Shown here: positions 35,258-48,314 of the stretch, piece after piece | Layout of the letters: each line of letters starts with the position of its first letter | How positions within the stretch are numbered: position 1 is the stretch's first letter | NCBI GenBank assembly: GCA_030141605.1 | Contig: JAQGDQ010000816.1 | Coordinates: forward strand, 28,554 to 92,553 | Reading direction: 5' to 3' | DNA from: Tubiluchus corallicola | Lineage: Eukaryota; Animalia; Priapulida | DNA: 64,000 bases | Program-made: the position numbers and the translations under genes | Notes under the pieces: model-generated | The model's input: only the letters and a program-made list of their open reading frames with translations | The model's database searches: none | Told to the model about the DNA's origin: nothing

Positions 35258-35656
35258 TAAGTCACTCAGCATGTTTTGTTTATTTTACTGTTATCACTTA
35301 AACTGTTTGTGGTGTGCTAAAGGAAAGGACAAGTCACTCGGTATGTTGGGTTTATTTTACTGTTATCACTTAAACTGTTTGTGGTGTGCTAAAGGAAAGG
35401 ACAAGTCACTCAGTATGTTGGGTTTATTTTACTGTTATCACTTAAACTGTTTGTGGTGTGCTAAAGGAAAGGACAAGTCACTCAGTATATTGGGTTTATT
35501 TTACTGTTATCACTTAAACTGTTTGTGGTGTGCTAAAGGAAAGAACAAGTCACTCAGTATGTTGGGTTTATTTTACTGTTATGACTTAAACTGTTGTGGT
35601 GTGCTAAAGGAAAGAACAAGTCACTCATTATGTTGGGTTTATTTTACTGTTATCAC
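35258..35656. repeat. Minisatellite, 72-bp unit, about 5.5 copies, just after the KLHL polyA signal
   Basis: GTCACTC at 35261, 35333, 35405, 35477, 35549, 35620. Confidence 0.93.
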
Positions 35657-37538
35657 CAAACGTAGAAAAACATAACAAAGAAATTGGCAAAGAACTGCCT
35701 GTGAAGTATAAATCTAAAATATGCTACCTCTGAATGGAAATTATCAGGCGTGGTGGTTGCCGCCAGTCACATGAAAATCATGACGTAATTGGGAGATTTC
35801 ATGACTTTCCGTAAGTGCATCGTTGCTTTCCGTAAGCGCACGCTGCTTAAACTAATTCAAACTTCCGTAGGTTACCTAATGCTCATGCAAATTATTACAA
35901 AATTAACTAATAATCTAATTTCTTGGTAAAAACTTATTATACTCTTGATGAAGATTAACAGTGCACTATTTTTCTTCAGAACGAATGACATTATTGGAAA
36001 AAGAATTGGCATTGAAAATGGGAGTGCCCAAGTGTAAAGTGATCGCGACTTTAACGTGATTTTGCTGATTACACGAGGCACTTACTGCAGTTTTATTACT
36101 AAATCCTTCTAACATTTTTTGTGAACATTGAAATAAGTCTAACTTCCCAGAAGACTTGACCTTTCCTTTAAGATATAGGTTAATATGCATTACTTATTAT
36201 GGATGTTTTGACTGTAATGACCTCAAGTGTTCTGTTTGCAATTTATCTCTGTTCAGAGCTTCAGATACTGTAAATGTCAAAGCGTAAAGCCTGAGTTATC
36301 AGTCTGATGATGACAATTGTATTCTTGAGCAGCTGTTTTCTTAGGATTTGGAAACGTAATCTCTTTGTGGTGCTTGTACGACATTTTGCAAATGTTGTAA
36401 GATAATTAGTGTCACATCAGGCAGTGATGAATTTATAACTGAGTCGAAGAGAGGCTGTGTACTGCATGTCAAACGTGCGACCTTGATGAAGGTGGCATAA
36501 AATAAATAAAAAACTTTTTATCATCAATTATGATTTCACTTCATTTGTTTAAAGCAAAACTGGAAATACTTTTTTTTCAAAAATGACTTACATGAAAGGA
36601 TTATTACCACACAAACACAATTTCGCGTTTGCACCACTATTCTTACCTGTTACTTGTATTTTGCATAAGCTAGTTAGGTGGGCACAAGCACTTGCATTTC
36701 GGAAATGCATTGCGTAAAAAACAGGTGCTGTACCTCTCAGTTCAGACGTGTTAGTTTGTGATGAATCAACACCTTATGTGTGAGCACAGTGGTAAATTTG
36801 AAATTTTATGTTAAAACGTGCCTAGTTTTATTACAACTCGCCAAATATCTTACAGTACTGTACTTGAATTTTCACTTTTGCAAACACGTGCAACACGCTT
36901 GTGGAATATTTTTGCTGTTGAAAATTATGTTACTTTGTGACATCCTCAATAGTATGGCTCTCCCGCCATTAACTACATTTTTAATCTACTATGTAATGAT
37001 CAGAAACACTTTTACGGTATTAATTGTGTTGAAATGTATACTTTTATCGTACTCCAAAGTGAGGTAGTATATGAAAAATCAACCAGTCTTCCTTTAAACG
37101 TTTTAAATCTAATATCAGGATGTATGGTGGTCTTTACATTTAAAATCCTATGTTGATAATTATTATCATAGCCTGCAACTTCTAATTAAAGGTTGCTGGT
37201 CTCAGTAATATAATGATAAAACACAATAATGCGAGAACTACAATCAGTTGTTATCAGGCATGAATGTAGAAATTGTTTTTCAAATTTATTCATTTAACTA
37301 TTTGACAATAAAACACAGCTAGCTAATTATTTTACAGATGACTTACCAAATTATCTTAACAGTTCATTCTTATCTCTTGTACTAACCAATCTCTGATTTT
37401 ACTGCACAATTCAATTCAATTTCTATTTATTTGTCTCTTTCCAGTTAGTGATACAACACAGTGTAGTTTAATAAAGGGTTATAAAGATGGGGTGGCAGAC
37501 AAACGACAGTCTTAGTCTAGCCACCATTATAAATTTAA

Positions 37539-38237
37539 CTCCTTCACGACCATAAGCATTCGCTGTATTATGCATGGTTTCATAAAAAACTGCTCTCACT
37601 AAGCAGCAATTACGTTATATTTGATAATTTTTGTGGGTTTCCACTCCATGCGAAATTATGAATGCAATGCATATGCTTACCTTAGACAAATTAAAAATCG
37701 ATTTTTGATGAATAAATTGAAAAAAGCTTTCAGTAACTTCAGTGCTTGCACTGTTATAAAGTACAGTATCACTTGTGGGAAATTGGCTAATGCTGAAAAT
37801 TTGAACTTCCAGACACAACACTCTGATACACTTTGGACTCAAGTCTACTTTGTTTTTACAGAGAAATTGCTGTTAAAAGATGAAACGACCTTAATTTGTC
37901 CTTGGCTGATTAGTTGGTTTTACCTGGAATAGAAGCAGAACACTGCACTTTTTTGGCTGTAGCAAGCGCCCGATCAATAAAGTAGTGTGTACGATCACGC
38001 AAGTGTACGCCAGACTAAGCTACTCAAAGTTTAAGTGCTTGAAAAGGGCGTGTTCTTAATTTCATTCAATTGAATCACTTATAAATGTTTAAACAAATAG
38101 CATGATTGGATAGCCGAGATTCTCCTGAATAGAACAGTATCTAATTTGTAATCATTTAGTTATGTCTGTGCTCATACAGTAGCAGAAACGTCATAGGTCT
38201 TGTACGATCTATTTTGAATGATGCGGTCCTAAAGGAG
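37539..38237. mobile_element. piggyBac-like MITE (degenerate)
   Basis: TTAA|CTCCTTCACGACC...GGTCCTAAAGGAG. Confidence 0.55.
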
Positions 38238-38927
38238 TTGCCTAAATGTGCATTAATGTTATTGGTAAAAGAGCAAAAATGTTACAATAAGTAAAAATAT
38301 AAGAAAATAGGAGAAACAAAATATACAAAATCTAAACAACATAACAATAAAGAGTAAATACTAGAGCAGGTAAGTAAAACTAAGTTAACTGTCCTCAAAG
38401 TGAATGTGTTCTCCTTTTCAGTTAAACAATAACAATGGAGAATTTTATAACTTAATTTATAATAACAATTGCGCGAAATATAAAATACCGTCTTGGCCAA
38501 CTTCATGTTCAAAAATTCCAAAAACAGGTCAAAGGTTAAATTTACACAGTACGCACTTATTGCATTACTATTAATATTTTGCTCTGATCGCGCTACTGAA
38601 AATATGATTATTATACATGATTATTAGACTTTGGATAAATTCACAACAAATAAGATGGATTTTTTCTACTTCTTTATACAACAGTTGATTCTAGTGCAAC
38701 CTAACAAAAAGAATTGACGTTCCAGGTCTAGAAAATCTGTACAGATTTTTCAGCTCACACAAATTCACAAAAATTCAAGTAGCGATAAACAATGTTCTTA
38801 CACAATTTGTGAACTATAGATGTATCATACGTATATACGATTATTTACATAAGTTACAATAATATACACTTCTACAAATTATACTAACGGTTATTTGTGC
38901 AAATAAAATAAAGAACGAAAGAGTGAT

Positions 38928-38969
<42 letters not shown>

Positions 38970-38973
38970 GGAG

Positions 38974-39052
<79 letters not shown>
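38928..39052. repeat. (GA)n microsatellite
   Basis: Direct reading. Confidence 0.96.
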
Positions 39053-39057
<5 letters not shown>

Positions 39058-39669
39058 ATGACATTCAGTCTACAGGAAGAAATTGACGCTTTTTTTACTC
39101 AATGGTAAAAAATATTTGCATCTTTAAAAAAAAAATTTACTAAACAATTAAAAAACTAGTAACCCGTAAACATAGTAAAGTATATCATGTAAAAACAATA
39201 CAATAATACCAGATATAACTTAAGAAAATTGAAACATGTCATATACATTAAAACTTAAAGTTACTCTACCTACATACTGACAGTTAATCTGCAAACTCGA
39301 AGTAAAGTACTTTTCACATACTTCTGTTAGATATAGTTACTGCAGTAACTCTAAAACAGTTTGCTAAAGGCACACTAGTAGGTCGCACTAATCAGTGAAT
39401 TATTTTAAACTTGCTGAGACTCAACCGATAATATCAAACATTGCGCAAAACATGTGGCGCCATCCATAAGTAAAGAAAGTAGAATTCTTGAAAGATGACA
39501 CACTGTCAACAGTTATAGCAACTATCATTTTGGTAATATCATTACAAATTTTAGACTATATACCCAAAAAACAAATTGTTATACTTCACACTTGGAAAAT
39601 ACTGAAATGTATTATTGGATAAAAGTAATGCCATCAAACAATTTGCAATGCTAGTCCCTCTACCTGTCC

Positions 39670-39864
39670 TTACCAATCTGAAGACATATCATCAAACTTT
39701 TCAAACCCGTCTCTAACTAGCTTGACCACCAGTCCTACGTACAGAGCTATGCTCACAATAATGATTATAGCCCCGATAACAACTCCAGCAATGTTGAGTT
39801 TCTTGGCCAAGCTTGATGCCTTAATTGCGCCTTCTCTATCTTGTCGTCTCATGCATTCGCTGAC
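39670..39864 (-). CDS. Dispanin 1 terminal exon (loop and TM helix)
   Basis: tttctag|VSECMRRQDREGAIKASSLAKKLNIAGVVIGAIIIIVSIALYVGLVV...DW*. Confidence 0.92.
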   Translation of the reverse strand, partial: VSECMRRQDREGAIKASSLAKKLNIAGVVIGAIIIIVSIALYVGLVVKLVRDGFEKFDDMSSDW

Positions 39865-42800
39865 CTAGAAACACAAGCAAACATTTTTAATGCAATAATT
39901 CGAACCATACAAGCCAATCTGAACCAGTGGCGGCTCGTGTGTAGGTACTGTGGAACCGCAGCACCTCCTATTTTCACTCGATACCATCGACAATATTCAA
40001 CATAATGAGTCTTTTTTCTTTAATTCTTTCTTTATGCTTGTACGGAACCAGAGCACGTGACGGAACTGTACACTAGACCATCCAGCACTGTGCGCTCACA
40101 ACTACACCGACATGGTGTTTGGCGTTGTTCCCATGCGCACTGTATGAGATAAGACGCAGCACTCTAGGTCAGGAGTGTGCAAATTATCTGACTACCCGGG
40201 CCACATTAAACATTCCCGCAATTCCTGTGGGCCACATGCAGTTTAGTCAAGGAGCCAAGTACAGTAGGACCTAATAACGACTTTTCTGCATCTGACCTGT
40301 CACATCATTACTACTGCATACTACACTCAAAAAACTATTTTAGAAATTATTAAAATTTATATTAAAAACCAAATATTTCGTCATGTCCGACAGTGACATT
40401 AATGCCATCCGATTTAGAGGAAAAAACTACCCGCACTACCCGCGATATTGGCGCAGACTTCAGCTGGATCGCGTGGGCCGCGCTTTCATTACGTTGACAA
40501 ACCTCTTCGCGGGCCGCACAAGATCTCTCGGCGGGCCGCAGTTTGCACACCCCTGCTCTAGGTAGAAAGAGCACTGTCTATCACGCAGCGAGTGTCGTCA
40601 GTTGTCACGTGCTTAAAAACCGTGTACTAGCATAGTCTTGAACTCAGCGAGTGTGGTGCTTACAATTTAAATAATTTAATCATTGCCTCCTTGCATCCCC
40701 AAGAAATAAGTGACAGTAAGTGAACTTCAACAGCTTAGATTTTACAGTTGTCTCTTCATGAGAAGTATGCAGTTAAGAAAAGGCCGTTCACATGACAACA
40801 TTAAAATTACACGTTTGTCTCGTTTTACACAGCATTGAAACAATGGCTAAAATTTTCTGAAGCAGCACCACAACTAATTTTAGCTATGAACTGCCAATGC
40901 ATATGGCATTTCAGTTTCTAATCTTTTATCTACACTATGTCATTCTTAGGTGCAATGGAACAGAATTAGGTCACTGGAGTGCCTCTTGGTAAGAAAATAT
41001 GCAAAAACAATTGATAAAAGTCCCATAATAGAACAAAGTGAAAAACATGAGGTTCCAGCACACCACAGTACAGCACACTGATGTTCCATATGCTTATGTA
41101 TAAGCATCAAAAATTTTGGGCTATTTCCTTAGAAGAAAACTGGATGATTGTGTTAACATTATTTCAGAATAAAGAATGCTCTAACATACTGAAAACTACA
41201 ACAGATTATCTTAAATCAAAGCTTAGATTAAATAATAGTTACCTCGGATACTCGTTAAACTTTCAAAGTTACGCGCGGCTCAGTGAATCTACTAAGATTG
41301 GCAGAGGTGCCTTTTTATCACATTTGTGTGGCCGACAAATACCGTGATAAGCATGATCATGGACTGTAGTGTTAGTTTCTGACGTAACACGATGCAAATG
41401 TGCTTGACGCGCAAGGGAAGACGCTTGCCATTGCACTAAGAGTGGTTAGTTTCTGACGTAAGCAATAGCTGTGTTTGGTTGCCGTTAATTAACTTTCTAA
41501 GCTAATTATTCAAATATGAGGAACAACTGTTAACTTTTACAGGCAAGAAGTCAAGAAATTAAATGCAAGAAAAAAATTTGCACATCGTTATTGTTAATAT
41601 TTATAGCAAGAGCTCTAATGATATGATAATCTAAACTTTGACATGTTTTATTTACTAAATGCCCAATGTGGCATGAATCATTGCAAAAAGACCGAAATCC
41701 CATAAGCTCTGCTGCCTCTCTAAGTATCTGCATTTTGGTTCTTACCTCATTAGAGTAGTAGATCGCTGCAATCCCCGTCGGAAAGAAGCAAAAGAGACAA
41801 GTGAGAATGGAAAATATCATGCACGAATCTGGTGGAGGTGGTCCATATGGTATGGTAACCTATAACAGAAGCACATGGTTTTCATTGATGTTCAACTGCA
41901 ACTGACATAACTTGGTGTCTCGCATTCTACGTGATTTGCCTTTTCACAGTTCCAGCAATTGATGATGATCGTGAAAAGGTCAAGAGTTAAGTGTACCAGA
42001 TAATGTGTCTGTGTACACTTGATAACACAATGCTATTGTAATACTAACAGTTTTAACAGCTAGCTAGAACCTTACCTAGTTCTTTTTTTCTTGTTCCCAA
42101 ACAAAATATTGGTAGTAAATCACTCGACACACAGGAATTAAGTAAATCCCATCTAAGACAACTGCAGTTACTGAACTGATGCAGCTGATGGGTTTGTTTA
42201 CTTTACCCACATGTCATGTGATGATTGTAGTAAAGACGCATTGCTGTGGTACACTTAACCTTTGACCTGCAGCAAATGTGCGTGCGCACAACGAAACTGT
42301 GAAAAGGTTTAATATGCAAAGCTAACAAATATATGGGCATATACATACAGTCAACCTCGGGTATAAGGTACTCGCTTATAAGGGACCACCATCACCGGTC
42401 CCGATTTTTCGTAATGTTTTTCCTATGTACAAATCTTCATATATAAGGTGCTCGGATATAAGGGACTTTTGGCTATAAGGGACGATATCTTCAGTTCCCC
42501 CGTAATAGAAACCCAGGTGAATTACCTCGCATACCCTATGATCAAAGCGAAATTGATTGATTTTTACCACAATTTTTCGCAAACTCGACCTTTGAACAGC
42601 TCGGTTTTAGCAGTCACATACATATCGCATCACTGAAGCAGCTTCATACATACCGTTTGCATTGAATGTGTAGCAATCATCCATAAAAATACAGGCAAAA
42701 GTACAGAAAAGTACAGGTCTAGATAAACAGTCAGTCTGGCTCAACTTCGGCTATAAGGGATGGTTTTTCCCAGTCCCAAGGTGTCCCTTATATCCGAGAT

Positions 42801-45800
42801 TGACTGTATATATAACAAATACATATCACCACCACAGTAGAGAGTCTCTGGTACAACCAAACAGCAAAAAATCTAATTCTGAAATGACATCAAGTGCTAC
42901 AAGCACAGTATGTTTTGCTAAAGTGCCTAACCCTATGACAAATTTTGGAGGAATTTAAATGATTTAAATTCTTTAAACATAAAGTGACAGGACGAACACA
43001 CAATTACAAACTAAACGATCATACTACCTAGCTTAAAATCATGCGGGAACTATCGTCACTGACTATAAAAAATCTATTATCAGCTCTTAGGACTATAGAG
43101 CGCGTCAAACAAATGTACAAATGAGTCTACTACGACACCGACAGTAGGATGATGTCACTTCCACACCAACAACCATGAAAAAGTGAAAAAGCGTTCTGTG
43201 ATTGTAGCGTAAACTCTATAGTATCAATGTCAATTATCTTATTATTACTATATAAGCATTGCATACCACATTGACAGGTGCTGAAGGATATCCAGTGGTA
43301 ATCATTTGTCCACCCCCGGGCTGGACGATGTATGTTGTCTGCTGCTGTGGAACCCCAGGTGATGCATAGCTGTAAGCAGGTGCTTGAGTATAGGTGACTG
43401 GAGGAGCATATGCTACTTGTTGTGAAGGTGTGGTTCCTTGAAGCGGTGGTGCATAAGCTGGATAAGGCTGCTGAGTAACAGTGGGTGCAGGTGATGTCAG
43501 TGGCACGTATTGGGAGGATGTTTCTGTCACTGATGCATAAGCCGGGGGAGGCGGTACCGATGTATCTTTCTCTAAAAATATTAAATTTTATTAAAGTTTG
43601 AAACAACCCATACTTCCATAAAAGAAACATAATTTTACCAATACACCAGCCATTATGCATGATGATTTGCTTAAAGGGAAACCAGACGATTGTGTAAACA
43701 TTAATTCAGAATAAAGAATGCTCTAAAATATTGAAAACTACAATAACTTTTTTAAATCAGAGCTTAGATTGAATAATAATTACCTTGGATACTTAAGTTT
43801 TGTTAAACTTTCAAAGCTCAGTGAATCTACTAAGATTGGCTACAGCACATTTTGGTGATATTCGCGCGGCCGACAAATAAAAGGCGGTACTGTGATAACC
43901 ATGTTAGTTTCTGACATCATATGACGTAGAGCCCATTTTCGTGACATCACGTGTTTAAACAGTAATACTTACGCAAACATGCTTGCCGCACAAGGGAGAT
44001 GCCTGCCATTGCACAAAGCTTGGTTAGTTTCTGATGCAAGCAATAGCTGTGTTCAGTTGTTGTTAATTAACTTTCTAAGCTAATTATTCAAATATAAGAA
44101 ACAATTGCTAACTTTAATAGGCAAGAAAATGTATATTTTGGCAGTACATTAAAATCAGAGTCTAAACGATCGTCTGGTTTTCCTTTAAAAAGATTAAAGT
44201 TCATGATGTTTCTGGAAACATCTTCAGCTGGAGTGAAGATTTGTTGTTTAGAAGAAAACAACACGACATACTTGATGGTGTAGAATCATCTGAAAGGTTG
44301 ATGACAAGTGGTGTTCCATAGGGATCGTTACTCGGACCGGTGTTGTTCGTGTAACTGATATTGAACAACTACGTAGGTGGAATAATGATTGACAAATGTT
44401 ATTTTATGTTGGTAAATGTAAGGTAATGCATTATGGTTTTGGGAATCTTAAAATTGATTATGTTATGAATGGGACAACTATGTTATGAAAGTACATTTAG
44501 TAAAAATGATCTTGGTGTGATAAGAACATCTGACTTAAAATTTTCCCAGCAATGTGTATCCTCTGTTAAGAAGCAAAAAAATCTTGGGGATGATAAAGAG
44601 GTACATCATTTCTAGAAATAAAGAAATTAAATTGAAATTATACATTGGTTTGGTTAGATTATTAAAAAGACATATTGCTTATAGAAGGTGTGCTACAAAA
44701 ACAATATTTGGATGTAAAAACCTGACATGTTTAGAAAGATTGAAATATAGCAGTTTGACTAGTATTTATTTTGTTAAGTTGCTTATTATTTTCATTTGTA
44801 CATACCTCACTTGACAGGTGATTTAATTTTCTTTAGTTTGGATAGGGGTGGTTGACTTGGTGACCCTTGGTCTTTTCGCCACCCCATCTCTTTTTCGTCT
44901 TTATTTTAGTTTTTACCTTTTGTTTATGCTTATTTTGTAAAATTCAGAGACAAATAAATTTTTTACTTACTTACTTACCATGCTTGAATTAAGAAGACAC
45001 TGTGGAGATCTTATTGACGTTTATAAAATACTAACATGAAAAGAAAATACTCAACGTGAAAAATTCTTCAGTTTAGTTGTTGAATTTAAAACTAGAGGAC
45101 ATTAGTTTAAAACTCTTTAAAGAGCAGTCACGTTTTCTCAGTGGTAAATATTCATTTACTGCGAAAGTAGTGAATGAATGGAATAATCTGCCTGTCATGG
45201 TGATTGCCGCACCAACCGTAGTTTAAATCTCTAACTTTTGTGGAAAAATATGGGGTTTCTACGAGTGTACTTGCTTAACCCCTATTATGATTGTATTTAC
45301 CCGGACTTAATACTGCCGTGGGATCCAAAATGCATAATTTTGGTTCCGGAACCACTTTGCCCCTAGCTTACTGTCCCATTTAAGTTTTTACACTTCAGAA
45401 AATATTAAAATGTCATGTAATTACATCATGTAGGCGCTATTACACTTTCGCACCTCCTAGTTTTTTCTGGCCTATTGTGTGTTTTCACGCCTGCAGGCCA
45501 GAAAGCAGACCAACAGGCGTAATATACACCATATTTCCATAATATTATTGGTTTTTAGGCATTACAATACCAGATTAAAGTCATACATTACTTACGGTCA
45601 CCAACACGCAAGAAGCTCCAAGTGAATAACTGTGTTTACACCACTAATGCGCAATCGCTCTCGCGCAGTGACGTATGTAACCTCTATTTTTAGTTCCTTT
45701 ACATAATTTATGATTATTATGGTTGCAGCCACGGGAGTTTGTATCGTATTACAGTATTCCCTCGCTACTTCAAAAATATTAATGTAAAATATTTATCGCG

Positions 45801-47146
45801 GTATCTTCGCTGTTTCGATAGCATCAGAATAGTGGTAAGTGATGACAATAACGATAAAAATAACACTGCCATAATGGTGGTGATAAGGAGTATATAAAAC
45901 TAAAATGCCATTATAATCCTGTGTCAGTCATTGTCTTTTCTTCAAAAGACTTCCCGAATTTTTTGTTTCTTCTTCACTGTATAGTCAGACCCAGGCTGCC
46001 ATATACGAGGAAATTACTTTAGATGACTACAGTTATTTATCATTAATTTTATTTATTACTGTAGTATTATTACTATTAGATTATAAAAGTAAAGGTTTTT
46101 TCGTTATTTCGTAAATGCGCTCAAGATAAAAGTGTCACGTGCCTTTTAAGGTAGGGCCTGATAATGCATAAACTAGTACGAAATTTGTCACATGACTACA
46201 AACACAAACAAAATGGCGATACGAACTGTATAGTGTAGAACTGTGAATACAACGTAATTATTGGTAATTATACACTAAATCAGTGGTTCCCAAACTTTCT
46301 CGGACCGTTACCCAAATCGGGAAACCCGGTCGTGTCCATTACCCCCCACCTAGTACTACTTCTCCAACTCAAAAAGTAAACACACGTATATGCCACAATA
46401 ATTAACTTATTTATGTTTGCTCGTGACATAAATAAATTTCCAGGTGTTGTTGTATTGTTGCCAAAACAAGAATTACAATTACTGAATCTGCTCATTACTG
46501 AGTAAGCAGGTTCGTTCGAGTAATTATTACTCGAACAAACGAAAACAAGAAGAAATGAATGACAACAACAAAATCTCAGTTAGTGGGACGGATGAGCCTG
46601 TTTTTTGGACGCCAGTTTCTCAATCCTGGGTTTCATCAGCCTCAAAGCAACGCGTGCATCGCTTTCCACGTCCAACCTATTTCTTTTCTTTGTTTTCATG
46701 TTCATTAAGGACGAAAAACCTTGTTCACACAAATACGTTGTTGAAAAACACGTGAGAATATTCAATGCCCGTTCTGCAAGGATTGGTGAACTGGCCATCT
46801 CTCCTATCCAGAACTCTTCCAGAATGCATTCCGAGCGAAGTTTTAAAAATGTTCAGAGGGGTGCCCGTTACCCCCCCCCCAAAAAAACCATATTACCCCG
46901 GGGGGGGGGGTGGTAATTTACCCTTACTTTGGGAACCACTACACTAAATATATAAGTAAATTACCAAAACATTCACTGATGACGTGAGAATAATAGAATA
47001 ATGACCTGCGAGCCTAGAAACGAGTAATAACCTAGAAAAAACTAGGAGGTGCGAAAGTGTAATAGCGCCCATCATGTAATTAGTCTTCAGCTCTGAACGA
47101 GCAGAAACACAACATGACAGTTACTTATAAATGGCATACCTGACAT
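39670..47146 (-). CDS. Proline-rich CD225/dispanin (IFITM/PRRT1/TMEM233-like) membrane protein, paralogue 1, 206 aa
   Basis: Exons (minus) 47146-47140 (ATGTCAG|gtatgc), 43571-43267, 41859-41746, 39864-39670 = 621 nt, open frame. P/Y/Q-rich N-terminus; CD225 core PPPDSCMIFSILTCLFCFFPTGIAAIYYS.EV...DREGAIKASSLAKKLNIAG, followed by a TM helix. Confidence 0.9.
39925..40899. mobile_element. Older hAT-like (CAGTGGCGG-ended) element hosting the Charlie MITE; related inverted copy at about 53128-53533
   Basis: CAGTGGCGGCTC start; both ends match 53128-53533 in reverse complement. Confidence 0.6.
40170..40555. mobile_element. hAT-Charlie-type MITE
   Basis: TIR CAGGAGTGTGCAAA / TTTGCACACCCCTG; perfect 8-bp TSD CTCTAGGT (40162-40169, 40556-40563). 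Confidence 0.85.
41128..41550. mobile_element. Kolobok-like MITE copy (3'-truncated)
   Basis: Colinear with 43675..44130. Confidence 0.7.
41746..41859 (-). CDS. Dispanin 1 exon 3 (CD225 core)
   Basis: ttatag|VTIPYGPPPPDSCMIFSILTCLFCFFPTGIAAIYYSNE|gtaaga. Confidence 0.93.
41938..42308. mobile_element. MITE copy, same family as 21422..21818
   Basis: GCCTTTTCACAGTTCC...GAAACTGTGAAAAGG. Confidence 0.7.
42348..42806. mobile_element. Tc1/mariner-type MITE
   Basis: TA|CAGTCAACCTCGGGTATAAGG...CCTTATATCCGAGATTGACTG|TA. Confidence 0.82.
43267..43571 (-). CDS. Dispanin 1 exon 2 (Pro/Tyr/Gln-rich)
   Basis: tttttag|EKDTSVPPPPAYASVTET...GYPSAPVNV|gtatgc. Confidence 0.88.
43675..44184. mobile_element. 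Kolobok-like MITE (TTAA TSD); further copies about 41128-41550 and 57283-57824
   Basis: TTAA|AGGGAAACCAGACGAT...ATCGTCTGGTTTTCCT|TTAA; three colinear copies. Confidence 0.78.
44290..45290 (+). mobile_element. Decayed CR1-type LINE RT fragment, interrupted by a LINE 3' tail (~44760-44978)
   Basis: Remnants TSGVP*GSLLGPVLF, KCKVMHYG, DLGVI, TRGH, VVNEWNNLP, with stops and frameshifts. Confidence 0.75.
45433..47069. mobile_element. Non-autonomous DNA transposon with long TIRs and 9-bp TSD (MULE- or Merlin-like)
   Basis: TIR GGCGCTATTACACTTTCGCACCTCCTAGTTTTTTCT at both ends; TSD CATCATGTA at 45424-45432 and 47070-47078; lies in dispanin 1 intron 1. Confidence 0.85.
46281..46941 (-). mobile_element. 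Internally deleted hAT (Charlie/Buster-type) element nested in the 9-bp-TSD element
   Basis: TIR CAGTGGTTCCCAAA / TTTGGGAACCACTA; 8-bp TSD CACTAAAT (46273-46280, 46942-46949); ORF 46580..46798 encodes a hAT dimerisation C-terminus (FSTTYLCEQGFS..KTKKRNRLDVESDAR..KQAHPSH). Confidence 0.9.
47140..47146 (-). CDS. Dispanin 1 first coding exon (Met-Ser and 1 nt)
   Basis: aaaaATGTCAG|GTATGC supplies the only nearby in-phase start for the next exon (MSEKDTSVPPPPAY). Confidence 0.7.
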
Positions 47147-47284
47147 TTTTAAATTGAACGACCCTTGGCTTCAACAAATGGCAATAATCGCACAGAAATT
47201 TTAGTAAGGTGAAAATTTACACAACGACACAAAATTAGTGATTATTAATTTGTTTGCAAACACCAGCCATATTCACCTGGCAGC

Positions 47285-47480
47285 ATCCGGGATTTTTCTC
47301 ACGACACAATGACGCAATTAAGATCATGCGCAGCTGTGTGCGACGTGCGTGTTCGAAGTATTTAAAAGCGGCCGCTAGCTGCCGCTATCTGGTCAGAACA
47401 TGTAGAGTATGAAAGTGCCTATATACTTGCTGCAAGAAGGTGGCGACGGATCGGGTCACGTGACTTGTGGGCGCCATTTT
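47285..47480 (-). promoter_or_regulatory. Putative dispanin 1 promoter region
   Basis: CpG-rich patch 140-335 nt upstream of the ATG. Contains GTCACGTGAC (47455-47464), GCGCCATTTT (YY1-like, 47471-47480), TATA-like TATTTAAAA (47359-47367), TGACGCAA (47310-47317) and GGGATTTTTC (47289-47298). Confidence 0.45.
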
Positions 47481-48314
47481 GGTTCCAGCTTAGTAGACGT
47501 TCCCGAAGTAATTAAATTAAAATTAGCTTTTATCGAAAATTTGTTTTATTGTATATGATTTACGTTAATAAAGCTTAGGGGAGAAACCTATGGTACGTTA
47601 ACTTGGTTATCTATTTGTAACAGGACTGAAACTGTCAGAAATCTTTTTATGATTGTCGTTAAGAGAGGGTATGCGATTATCCATTTTTAAAGTAAACCTC
47701 GATATGCATTTCTTTAATTGTTTTTATCTCACTACTTTGAACATTTAATCATTTTCATCTAGTCATTCGTACTTCCTATTTCAAATGTTCACAAACCAAC
47801 AATAAAAAAAGGCAAGATTTGATAAAAATGTGGCCACAACAAAACAAATAATTATTCATTCAATTCATTGAGAATACATACTTCACAAGCTATAGTTTGA
47901 TCCTCACAATACAAATTTCACAAATATATCGTGTTAGTTAACTATCATAAATGCTTACTTACATATTACCAATTACACGAATAGCATATTGTCACAAATA
48001 GCACAATGCATTAAAGCACAATAATTACCTTAAAAGGCATAACATAAATTCAAGTTAGGTGCACCATAATATTAACTATAATTTAGCACTATAGGCCTAT
48101 ATAGAGGGACTTGCTTTGTTAGCCAGTAAAAGCTAAGAGAGTCGTCCTCGTTGCTCATGTCGAGCGGCCTTATATAAACGTTTCCTTTATAAATTAATCT
48201 AAATAGTGGGCTTCATGGAATGCATACTTGTATGGTCTGAGACTACCTACAAACCTATTCTAAGGGCAAATCTAAGTTTAACATTCAAGGCTATATTATA
48301 AGACTGTAGTTAAA

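Noticed and set aside
35271-35675. Cys-rich repeat ORF resembling zinc fingers
   Set aside because: Translation of a 72-bp minisatellite downstream of the KLHL polyA signal; one unit carries a frameshift.
45590-45660. Minus-strand GTAAGT donor as the first exon of dispanin 1
   Set aside because: No ATG nearby and it lies inside the 9-bp-TSD transposon; 47140-47146 gives an in-phase start instead.
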